Below, in pieces: positions 55,916-64,000 of a stretch of DNA of 64,000 bases. Each line of letters opens with the position of its first letter. Positions within the stretch are counted from its first letter, which is position 1. Below the pieces are notes generated by a model. It was not told the origin of the DNA. It did not search any database and saw nothing but the letters and a program-made list of their open reading frames with translations. The DNA is from Bythopirellula sp. Its GTDB lineage: Bacteria > Planctomycetota > Planctomycetia > Pirellulales > Lacipirellulaceae. The stretch is taken from assembly GCA_965216565.1 (NCBI GenBank), contig OZ244170.1, forward strand, positions 5,056,001 to 5,120,000, in the 5' to 3' direction. Position numbers and translations under genes: made by a program.

Positions 55916-56818
55916 ATGACTTCCGAATCTCTCGCCGAACGCTTTCAGAATCGTGCTACCTCCTGGCAACTGCGCACGAGAAGGCTGGAATTTGGCACTT
56001 GTCCTCTGTTGATGGGGATTGTCAATGTCACGCCCGATAGTTTCTCCGATGGCGGAAGGTTTCTAGGCGCCGAACAAGCGATCGAGCACGCCTTGCAATT
56101 GGTCGCTGATGGAGCCGACATCCTCGACGTCGGTGGCGAAAGCACACGCCCCTATTCAGAGGCAGTTTCCGAAGCAGAGGAGCTGCGCCGCGTTCTGCCC
56201 GTCATTGAGTCTCTAGCAAAGCAGGTTGACGTACCAATTTCGATCGATACGAGCAAAAGCAAAGTTGCTCAAGCTGCTCTCGAGTTGGGTGCCGAGATCG
56301 TCAACGACGTGACGGGGCTTCAGGGCGATCCTCAGATGTGCCAGGTAGTCTCTGAGCTTCAATCTGGCGTTTGTGTGATGCACATGCAGGGTACGCCGCA
56401 AACAATGCAAGACAACCCGCAGTATACGAATGTCGTCAACGAAGTGGCCGACTATCTCGCCGAGCGAAGAGACCAGCTCCTTGTCGCAGGAGTCGAGCCT
56501 GCACGCATCTGCCTCGATCCAGGAATCGGCTTTGGCAAGTCGCACCAACATAATCTGACGTTGATGGCTAGCTGCGGAAGTTTCCATGAACTCGGCTGCC
56601 CCCTACTCGTGGGGCATTCGCGAAAGGGATTCCTTGGGAAGATCCTAGGTAACAAGGAGCTCGATCGAACAGCAGCCACTGTGGGGTCTGCCTTGGCTCT
56701 GGCGGCTCAGGGAGTGCAGATCATCCGCGTTCACGATATTCGGCCCCTCCGGGAGGCGTTGCTGGCCTTTGCGGCAGTCGGAGGAGTCGATGGCAGAGCC
56801 GACCAGCTAGCAGATTAA
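55916..56818 (+). CDS. folP: Dihydropteroate synthase
   Basis: MGIVNVTPDSFSDGG, GGESTRP, DPGIGFGK, SRK, RVHD. Confidence 0.96.
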   Translation: MTSESLAERFQNRATSWQLRTRRLEFGTCPLLMGIVNVTPDSFSDGGRFLGAEQAIEHALQLVADGADILDVGGESTRPYSEAVSEAEELRRVLPVIESLAKQVDVPISIDTSKSKVAQAALELGAEIVNDVTGLQGDPQMCQVVSELQSGVCVMHMQGTPQTMQDNPQYTNVVNEVADYLAERRDQLLVAGVEPARICLDPGIGFGKSHQHNLTLMASCGSFHELGCPLLVGHSRKGFLGKILGNKELDRTAATVGSALALAAQGVQIIRVHDIRPLREALLAFAAVGGVDGRADQLAD

Positions 56819-56878
56819 TATCGTTTCATAGACGCCGTATTCGCTTGTCTTGTAATGATTCTGCCCAGCACAGCGACA

Positions 56879-56907
56879 TTGACCCGAAATCGCCCTTCCA
56901 CGATACT
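56879..56907 (+). promoter_or_regulatory. Possible sigma70 promoter of proA
   Basis: TTGACC-17 nt-GATACT. Confidence 0.4.
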
Positions 56908-56992
56908 TACAGGGTTGCGGTGCGCTATGCCTCACCGCCTGGGAGACACTGAGTTTCTCACTGCCGATTCCGACGAGAACGTAGTTAAAAAT

Positions 56993-58282
56993 ATGGCCAC
57001 TGTTACTCAAAAATCAGCTTCGATAGACGATCTTTCTCGATATTGCACGGAAGTCGCCCAGCGTGCCAGCAAAGCCGCTACGCAGTTGGCCTTGGTGAGT
57101 GGTGCGACAAAGATTGCCTGGCTGTGCCGCTCGGCGGAGCTTCTCCAAGCGAACGTTGACAGCTTGCAAAGCACCAATGAAAAGGATCTCAAGGCAGCCC
57201 CCGACTATGGACTAACCGATGCTCAAATCGATCGATTGCGTCTCACGCCCGATCGTATCGCGGGCATTGCCACTGCCTTGCTCGATATCGCTCAACTCCG
57301 TGACCCGTTGGGACAAGTCATCGATTCAACGGTCCGGCCCAACGGGCTTACCATCAACAAGATTCGCGTTCCCTTGGGTGTAGTTTTCTTCATCTACGAA
57401 TCGCGTCCCAACGTCACGGCAGATGCGGCAGCCATTTGTGTCAAAGCAGGCAATGCCGTCATCCTGCGCGGTGGCAAAGAAGCCATCCATTCCAGTCAAG
57501 CGATTGTGGATCTATTGCATCAAGCGGCCGACGAAGTTGGCTTGCCTCGCGATGCGGTACAGCTTGTCGAAACCACTGATCGCGAAGCTGTCGGGCACTT
57601 TTTGAAAATGCCTGACCTGATCGACTTGGCGATTCCTCGCGGCGGCGAAGGTCTCATTCGCCGTGTCAGTGACGAGGCACAGATGCCTGTCATCAAACAC
57701 TTTGACGGAAATTGCCACGTGTACGTCGATTCCGCAGCCGACTTGGAGATGGCCCAATCGATTGTTGTGAATTCTAAGTGCCACCGAATGGGTGTATGCA
57801 ATGCAGCCGAATCGCTGCTGGTACACGCTGATGTAGCCGGCGAGTATTTGCCCGCCCTAGCCGAGGCATTGCAGGAGTTCGAAGTCGAAATTCGCGGCGA
57901 CGAACGAACTTGCGAGTTGGTCGAATCCGCCAAACCCGCTACAGACGACGACTACTTGGCAGAATTCTTGGCGCCCATTATCTCGGCGAAGGTTGTCGGT
58001 TCGCTGGACGAAGCCATTGATCACATCAACCAATACGGTTCGAAACATACCGACGCGATCGTAACGAACGACCTCGGGGCCTCCCAGAAGTTTTCTCGTT
58101 GCGTAGATAGTTCTGCGGTCATGATCAACGCTAGTACTCGCTTCAACGACGGCGGCGAGTTTGGTCTCGGAGCAGAAATCGGCATCAGCACCGACAAATT
58201 CCACGCTCGCGGACCGTGTGGCATCGAAGAACTAACAAGTTACAAATACATCGTTCAAGGAACAGGACAGATTCGGTCTTGA
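56993..58282 (+). CDS. proA: Gamma-glutamyl phosphate reductase
   Basis: [38 protein letters not shown]. Confidence 0.97.
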   Translation: MATVTQKSASIDDLSRYCTEVAQRASKAATQLALVSGATKIAWLCRSAELLQANVDSLQSTNEKDLKAAPDYGLTDAQIDRLRLTPDRIAGIATALLDIAQLRDPLGQVIDSTVRPNGLTINKIRVPLGVVFFIYESRPNVTADAAAICVKAGNAVILRGGKEAIHSSQAIVDLLHQAADEVGLPRDAVQLVETTDREAVGHFLKMPDLIDLAIPRGGEGLIRRVSDEAQMPVIKHFDGNCHVYVDSAADLEMAQSIVVNSKCHRMGVCNAAESLLVHADVAGEYLPALAEALQEFEVEIRGDERTCELVESAKPATDDDYLAEFLAPIISAKVVGSLDEAIDHINQYGSKHTDAIVTNDLGASQKFSRCVDSSAVMINASTRFNDGGEFGLGAEIGISTDKFHARGPCGIEELTSYKYIVQGTGQIRS

Positions 58283-58321
58283 ATTTAGAACCTGAAAGTC
58301 TGAATTTCAGATTCTAAATTC
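58281..58321. repeat. Heptamer-periodic inverted repeat
   Basis: gaatttagaacctgaaa / tttcagattctaaattc (16/17). Confidence 0.75.
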
Positions 58322-58329
58322 CCCTCGCA

Positions 58330-59400
58330 ATGGAGTGCGAAATGGTCGACAACGTATTAGATCAGTCAGAAGTGGAAAGTCTGCTGGGTTCGATGGATCC
58401 TGAGGGGTCTGACGAAGATCAGGCGGGGCCCATCGTCGAGCCTAGCCCGTTTCCGCAAGTGCCACGCGAGAAAGTCTCTGTCTACGATTTCAAACGTCCC
58501 GAGCGTGTCGGCAAAGAGCAGATGCGCGCCTTGCAAACCATGTATGAGGGTTTCGGGCGAAACTTCGGAGCGGCCCTCTCGGCCATGCTCCGCACCATTG
58601 TCGAGGCGAAGCTCACCAGCGTCGATCAACTCACGTATAGTGAATTTGTCTTTAGCTTAGAGAATCCGACTTGCTTCAACTTGATTAGCGCTCAGCCATT
58701 AGATGGCCAGCTCATTTTGGACATCAATCCGTCGATCTTGTTTCCTGTGATCGATCGGCTGCTCGGAGGCTCGGCAAATGGTACTACGTCTCCGAGACGG
58801 CCACTCACTGAGATCGAGTTGCGGTTAGTCTCGCGAATCACAGATCTGTTTCTCAAAGAAATGAAAGTCGCTTGGGAGAATGTCGTTGAGTTGGAACTTT
58901 CAGTCGATCGAGTTGAAAGCAACCCCCAACTTGTGCAAATTATTCCAGCTAACGAGGTAGTTGTTCTCGTAAGTTTTGAATTGATCGTGGGCGAGACGCG
59001 TGGCATGGTCAATCTATGTATCCCCTTCAATTCTTTGGAGCCCATTGGCAATAAACTTACATCCAACTCCTGGGCCAGTTACAGCAAACGTGCGCCAACA
59101 AAAGATTCGATAAATACCATCACGGGTCACATCTCGAGCGCGCCGGTCGAAGTGGTTGTTGAGCTTGCACAAACGAGCATCACAACCCGCGATTTAATCG
59201 AACTGCGAGTCGGCGATATCATTGCCAGCGAGAAGGACATCAAGCAACCGCTCGATGTGTCGGTTGAGGGTAGGCCTAAGTTTCAAGCTAAGCCGGGCAA
59301 GTTTAAGGGACGCAAGGCGATTGAGATTCTTCGTAATGTCGAACCGACAAAACTTCTAGACGAATTACCCAAGGATGACAAGAAAAAACGAAATCAATAG
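58330..59400 (+). CDS. fliM: Flagellar motor switch protein FliM
   Basis: VLDQSEVESLL, YDFKRP.R, LTEIE, ESNPQ, C-terminal SpoA domain. Confidence 0.93.
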   Translation: MECEMVDNVLDQSEVESLLGSMDPEGSDEDQAGPIVEPSPFPQVPREKVSVYDFKRPERVGKEQMRALQTMYEGFGRNFGAALSAMLRTIVEAKLTSVDQLTYSEFVFSLENPTCFNLISAQPLDGQLILDINPSILFPVIDRLLGGSANGTTSPRRPLTEIELRLVSRITDLFLKEMKVAWENVVELELSVDRVESNPQLVQIIPANEVVVLVSFELIVGETRGMVNLCIPFNSLEPIGNKLTSNSWASYSKRAPTKDSINTITGHISSAPVEVVVELAQTSITTRDLIELRVGDIIASEKDIKQPLDVSVEGRPKFQAKPGKFKGRKAIEILRNVEPTKLLDELPKDDKKKRNQ

Positions 59401-59777
59401 GTTCTAGGAAACGTAGAGAATTGCATTGCGCGGGTAGCTCCTTGGATTGACATTTAGGTGCGATCTGCGAGAATTAGTTTATGTGAAGCTTTCGGTCCAT
59501 TGCTTGTTCACCCTGATCTTATCTCAGACCGGAAGCGACTGCTGCTTTTCAATAAACCGCCACTCATTTACGGGCTGAGCCGTACGTCTAAGTCTGTTAG
59601 GGTCGGGCTACTTGGTCCGGTCATTGTGGCACGATTTCGGTACCGGATACGGAATAAACTCTGCATTCTCGTCAGAGGATGAATTGGGTTGGGGATAGAG
59701 GCCTATACTGCTTGGGTTTCGTCTGTCGAGACTCTTGCTCGCGATCATCAGGCACCAGTTTGATGAGGAGTTAGGTC

Positions 59778-60143
59778 ATGGGAATTTCGGTGACGTGTCC
59801 TCATGGGCACGAATTCAAGGTCAAGGATAAGTATGCGGGCAAGAAAGGTCTCTGTCCGTTCTGCAAAGACCAAGTAGCTGTCCGCGTCCCAGATGCGGTG
59901 TCGTCGGAGAGCCTGCAGAGAGCCGCCCGACGTGTCGCCGCCGAGCAGCACGGAGCGAAACCGTCTGCCTCCGATTCCTCAGCGTCCGTTTTTGACGATC
60001 AGGTTGCTCAAGACGCAGGGGCCAGCGGTAGCTTGATTGGCTCTTCTGTTATTCAACATAACGTCAAGTGCAAGTGTGGCGAACGCGTTCCGATGTGGTT
60101 TGCCCGGTGTCCGAAGTGCGGCGTTTATATGCCGCAGCGGTAG
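59778..60143 (+). CDS. Small double zinc-ribbon hypothetical protein
   Basis: CPHGH..CPFC and CKCG..CPKC; strong RBS gaggag. Confidence 0.75.
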   Translation: MGISVTCPHGHEFKVKDKYAGKKGLCPFCKDQVAVRVPDAVSSESLQRAARRVAAEQHGAKPSASDSSASVFDDQVAQDAGASGSLIGSSVIQHNVKCKCGERVPMWFARCPKCGVYMPQR

Positions 60144-60154
60144 TAAACTTCTTG

Positions 60155-62089
60155 TCAGCTAACGCTCGAGTGCCTGCTGCTGCGACTGGGTAGTGGGGGC
60201 AACATTTCTTCTAACACCCCTTTGGCCCGGGGCCAAGCGATGATGGCTTCGATTACCATCCACACTTGCAGCAGCATCGTTGCGGCTCCGATCGAAAACA
60301 GCAAGTAGTTCTCCGTTTTCCACCAGCCATTGTCAGGGTTAAATAACTGCCAGCCCAAAGCCCAAATTGGCATTACAATCATGGCCAACATGGGGATCAA
60401 CGCAAACCAAATGGGCTTATTGCGTCGGTACAGATAAAACACAGTAACTAGTAATGCCAGTCCAGCCAGCAACTGGTTCGTAGCACCGAACAACGGCCAC
60501 AAATAGAGTCCCCCCGTTCCATGCGGAGGGAGCGAACCATCAGGACGTGCCGGGCCCCGCATCATAGCCAGTACCATGGCCAGAGCGACGGCAAACAACG
60601 TGGCAACGTATTTGTTTTCAAGCGGCTTTAATCGTAGAGATACCGCAAGCTCCTGCACCACATAACGCTGTAGCCGGGTGGCGGTATCCAAAGTGGTCGC
60701 CGCAAAACAGGCCACAAGGACTGCGATAATCCCGATTGAAAGTTTCAATGGCAGCCCCAGCGACGCGACAAAATTCGCCCCGCCATCAATGAAGGCTCCC
60801 ACCTTTTTTCCCAGACCGAATCCCCCCCAGCCCAATTCCATATCGTATTTGGTTTTCCAGGCATCCAGCCCTGTGATCGAGTCGCCCGTCGCCGAGGTGC
60901 GTTCTACATAGTCGTACGGCCGTATCCAACTATCGGCATCCACAACCGCAGACGTCGATCGATCAAACAACCCCATCCCCACTCCCGCGCAGCAGGCTAA
61001 TATGACTAACACCGCAAGCGCCCCCTCCAGCAACATGGAGCCATAGCCCACATATTGTGCATCGCACTCATTGGCAACTTGTTTGCTTGAAGTGCCACTC
61101 GATACCAGACAATGAAATCCACTGACCGCACCACATGCGATTGTGATGAACAAAAATGGCCAAATGGGTGGTGCGTCGCTTGGTCTCTCGGCTGCGGGGA
61201 CGATTGCAGGGGCACTGGTTCGCAGATCTGCCTGCCCCGAGAGACTGGCTACCGCAATCCCTGCAACCAACAGCAATAGGGCGACAAACAACTGTTGGCT
61301 ATTGATGTAATCACGAGGCTGCAGCAATACCCACACCGGCAGGACCGACGCGAGAAAACAGTAGGCAAACAGCAGTACCGACCAAATGACTACTGGCGTC
61401 CCCCAAGCGGTTCCAAGGCCAATAGTTTCTGCGGCCGATTGGCACCAAGCCGTCGGCAATGACACAGGCATGTATTCAACGCCGACCCATATTGCCACGT
61501 AGAGTGCGACAAGCGCAACCAGCGACGGCAACAATAATCCCCCGCCTCGATGCATCCAAAATCCAACGGCCACGGCCAACGGCATTGCCAGCCACACACT
61601 CAGGACCGACTCAGGATACAAGCTGAATATCGAAGCAATGACGAGCCCAAAGATGGCCAGCACCACCGTCAACGCAAAGAATAATACGAGCAGAAAGAGC
61701 ACTCTTGCGCGAGGTGCAATCATTCTTCCTGCAATTTCGCCCACGGTTTGCCCTCGGTTCCGCAGGCTCACGATGAGGGCTCCAAAATCGTGGACCGCAC
61801 CAATGAAAATGGAACCAAAAATTACCCACAATAATGCCGGCAGCCAGCCCCAGAACACAGCGATTGCCGGGCCAACAATGGGTCCTGTCCCTGCAATACT
61901 AGTAAAGTGATGCCCAAAAATGACTTCTTTGCGAGTTGGCACAAAGTCGACATCGTCCCGAAGCTGTTCGCTGGGAACTTCGGCAGCGGAATCGAGCGCA
62001 AAGATCTTTTTTGCCAACCAGCGGCCATAAGTATGATAGGCCACAATAAAGCCAGCAAAGGAGCCTAGGGCGACAAGTAACGTGGACAT
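60155..62089 (-). CDS. cstA: Carbon starvation protein A family transporter
   Basis: GHHFTSIAGTGPIVGP, ACGAVSGFH, TTLDTATR, WPLFGATNQLLA. Confidence 0.93.
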   Translation of the reverse strand: MSTLLVALGSFAGFIVAYHTYGRWLAKKIFALDSAAEVPSEQLRDDVDFVPTRKEVIFGHHFTSIAGTGPIVGPAIAVFWGWLPALLWVIFGSIFIGAVHDFGALIVSLRNRGQTVGEIAGRMIAPRARVLFLLVLFFALTVVLAIFGLVIASIFSLYPESVLSVWLAMPLAVAVGFWMHRGGGLLLPSLVALVALYVAIWVGVEYMPVSLPTAWCQSAAETIGLGTAWGTPVVIWSVLLFAYCFLASVLPVWVLLQPRDYINSQQLFVALLLLVAGIAVASLSGQADLRTSAPAIVPAAERPSDAPPIWPFLFITIACGAVSGFHCLVSSGTSSKQVANECDAQYVGYGSMLLEGALAVLVILACCAGVGMGLFDRSTSAVVDADSWIRPYDYVERTSATGDSITGLDAWKTKYDMELGWGGFGLGKKVGAFIDGGANFVASLGLPLKLSIGIIAVLVACFAATTLDTATRLQRYVVQELAVSLRLKPLENKYVATLFAVALAMVLAMMRGPARPDGSLPPHGTGGLYLWPLFGATNQLLAGLALLVTVFYLYRRNKPIWFALIPMLAMIVMPIWALGWQLFNPDNGWWKTENYLLFSIGAATMLLQVWMVIEAIIAWPRAKGVLEEMLPPLPSRSSRHSSVS

Positions 62090-62344
62090 AGTTGTATTGA
62101 AGCGGTGGATGAGAGGTGAAAAGCCGGAAGGGTTCCCGGCTCAGATTAATGGGAACCTGCCAGAATCCATGATATCAGGAGCAGTCAGCCTGGGGAATCT
62201 GACCAACATCCACCGAGCCATCGGGGAATCTGCGTCTTGGTTTACGCCGGGTCTCGTCAGTCCTATAATTCCACCTTCGCGACCGCAATGCGGTGGCGCA
62301 GCTTACAGAGCTTAGAGAATCTCGCTTCGAAAGGACTTGGCGCC

Positions 62345-63391
62345 GTGGCAGAACATGTTGTGATTATTGGAAGTGGACCCGCCGGTTGGACAGCAGCCAT
62401 CTATGCCGCTCGTGCTCAGCTAAATCCAATCGTCTTCGAAGGAGCCATCACCGAAGAAAATCGTCAGCAGGGAACCTTACCCTTAGGTCAATTGGCGCTG
62501 ACAACCGAGGTTGAAAACTACCCCGGCTTTCCCGCTGGTGATTTAACGGCATATCTCAAGTCGTCTCTCGACGAAGAGCATAATTGGCTAGCTGACATGC
62601 ATCAAAAAGAAGGCTGCTCGGGGCCCGAACTCATGCACCTGATGCGACAGCAGGCAGCCAATTTTGGAACGAAGATCATCACCGATGATATTGTCGAAGT
62701 CGATTTCGATAATCGCCCTTTCAAAATTCGCTCGAAGGAGGGGCAAGAGGTTGAAGCCCACAGCGTGATTATCTCAACTGGTGCTCGGGCGAACTATCTG
62801 GGCTTGGAGTCGGAAGACAAATACAAGAACAAGGGTGTCAGCGCCTGTGCTGTATGCGATGGTGCCTTGCCCCGATTCCGCGATAAGCCTCTCGTGGTCG
62901 TGGGCGGCGGCGATTCTGCAGTGGAAGAGGCCGATTATCTGTCGAAATATGCCGACAAGGTTTATTTGGTCCATCGACGCGATGAGCTACGTGCCTCGCG
63001 AATCATGGCGGAACGTGCCAAGAACAATGCGAAGATCGATATCCTTTGGAACACCGTGGTCGATGAGATTCTCGGCAACGACGAAGATGGTGTAACGGGT
63101 GTTCGACTCTCCTCGACTGTCGGAGAAGGAACGCGCGAGGTCGAAGCCACCGGCGCCTTTATGGCCATCGGGCATACGCCCAATACGAGATTTCTTGAAG
63201 GCAAGCTTGAGATGACTGACAAGAAGTATCTCAAGTGGACCGTGCCGTTCCGCACGAATACCAGCGTTGAAGGAGTGTTTGCCGCTGGCGACGTGGCCGA
63301 CGACAACTATCGACAAGCGGTAACAGCAGCGGGGACCGGTTGCATGGCTGCCCTGGATGCCGAACGTTGGCTGGCAACTCAGGATATCTAG
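62345..63391 (+). CDS. trxB: Thioredoxin reductase
   Basis: [38 protein letters not shown] start. Confidence 0.95.
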   Translation: MAEHVVIIGSGPAGWTAAIYAARAQLNPIVFEGAITEENRQQGTLPLGQLALTTEVENYPGFPAGDLTAYLKSSLDEEHNWLADMHQKEGCSGPELMHLMRQQAANFGTKIITDDIVEVDFDNRPFKIRSKEGQEVEAHSVIISTGARANYLGLESEDKYKNKGVSACAVCDGALPRFRDKPLVVVGGGDSAVEEADYLSKYADKVYLVHRRDELRASRIMAERAKNNAKIDILWNTVVDEILGNDEDGVTGVRLSSTVGEGTREVEATGAFMAIGHTPNTRFLEGKLEMTDKKYLKWTVPFRTNTSVEGVFAAGDVADDNYRQAVTAAGTGCMAALDAERWLATQDI

Positions 63392-63419
63392 AATTGCAGG
63401 GTCTCTAGAACTTTAGAAG

Positions 63420-63443
63420 AGCCGCGATTCGACGAATCGCCGG
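63420..63443 (+). repeat. REP-like palindrome, copy 4 (compensatory variant)
   Basis: agccgcgattc gac gaatcgccgg. Confidence 0.7.
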
Positions 63444-63459
63444 TGGCGAAGGAGTTGCC

Positions 63460-64000
63460 ATGAACAAACTATCGGTCGAACAAGCGCGGAATGCCGAACT
63501 TGTGGGAAACCAGGCCACTCTCCAGGGTTGGATCCGCACGCGGCGCGATAGCAAAGGCGGATTTAGTTTTCTTGAGATCAATGACGGATCCTGCCTCGCG
63601 AACTTGCAAATAGTTGCCGATGGTGACTTGTCGAATTACGAGTCTGAAATCAAACGCCTCTCTGCCGGTTGTAGCGTGACGGTCCATGGCGAATTGAAAT
63701 CCTCCGGCGGCAAGGGCCAATCGACCGAATTGCAGGCCTCCGAAATCATCGTGCATGGGTGGGCCGATCCAGAAAAGTACCCCTTGCAAAAAAAGCGGCA
63801 CTCATTCGAAAAACTTCGCGAATGGGCCCACCTCCGGCCCCGCACCAATACATTCGGCGCGGTCATGCGAGTGCGGAATCAAATCTGTCGCTCGATTCAC
63901 GACTTCTTCCAAGAACAAGATTTCCTTTACGTCCATACTCCCATTATCACAGCTAGTGACTGCGAGGGTGCCGGGGAGATGTTTCGCGTCACCGCGCTCG
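63460..64000 (+). CDS. asnS: Asparagine--tRNA ligase (partial, runs off the window)
   Basis: Not in the ORF track; [65 protein letters not shown]. Confidence 0.95.
   Translation, partial: MNKLSVEQARNAELVGNQATLQGWIRTRRDSKGGFSFLEINDGSCLANLQIVADGDLSNYESEIKRLSAGCSVTVHGELKSSGGKGQSTELQASEIIVHGWADPEKYPLQKKRHSFEKLREWAHLRPRTNTFGAVMRVRNQICRSIHDFFQEQDFLYVHTPIITASDCEGAGEMFRVTAL

Noticed and set aside
59401..59777. ncRNA in the fliM downstream gap
   Set aside because: No convincing stems, terminator or known motif seen.

Overview
Chromosomal window from a Planctomycete. A Pirellulales/Lacipirellulaceae-like lineage is inferred from the PEP-CTERM proteins, the conserved HTH-REC regulator, the FlgI-HEAT lipoprotein and the aminoacyl-tRNA synthetase (aaRS) insertions. 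It is mostly housekeeping: hisGE, miaA, moaC, smc, rnpA, ppk1, ftsH, glgC, leuS, hom-apgM-lysC, valS, cimA, purA-uppS-cdsA, phoH-HD-ybeY-CNNM, folP, proA, fliM, cstA, trxB, asnS. I recognised no rRNA, tRNA, CRISPR array or transposase. The unexplained structure is in the intergenic DNA. (1) An AT-rich GxxExxY PD-(D/E)xK nuclease gene splits the hom-apgM operon and is bracketed by ~35-bp inverted repeats made of 8-10-nt units. Four gene-less sites with the same repeat architecture occur elsewhere, which suggests an undescribed nuclease-associated mini mobile element with non-autonomous derivatives. (2) Two of those sites are nests of three different inverted-repeat families. (3) Inverted heptamer arrays exactly fill several intergenic gaps. 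(4) A REP-like hairpin family with compensatory changes brackets a low-GC PEP-CTERM beta-propeller gene and encodes its basic tail. (5) An unannotated Ile-rich leader-peptide attenuator precedes cimA. (6) Structured GGA-rich RNAs flank the HTH-REC gene. (7) leuS and valS carry AT-shifted in-frame patches. All calls come from reading the sequence; no searches were run.
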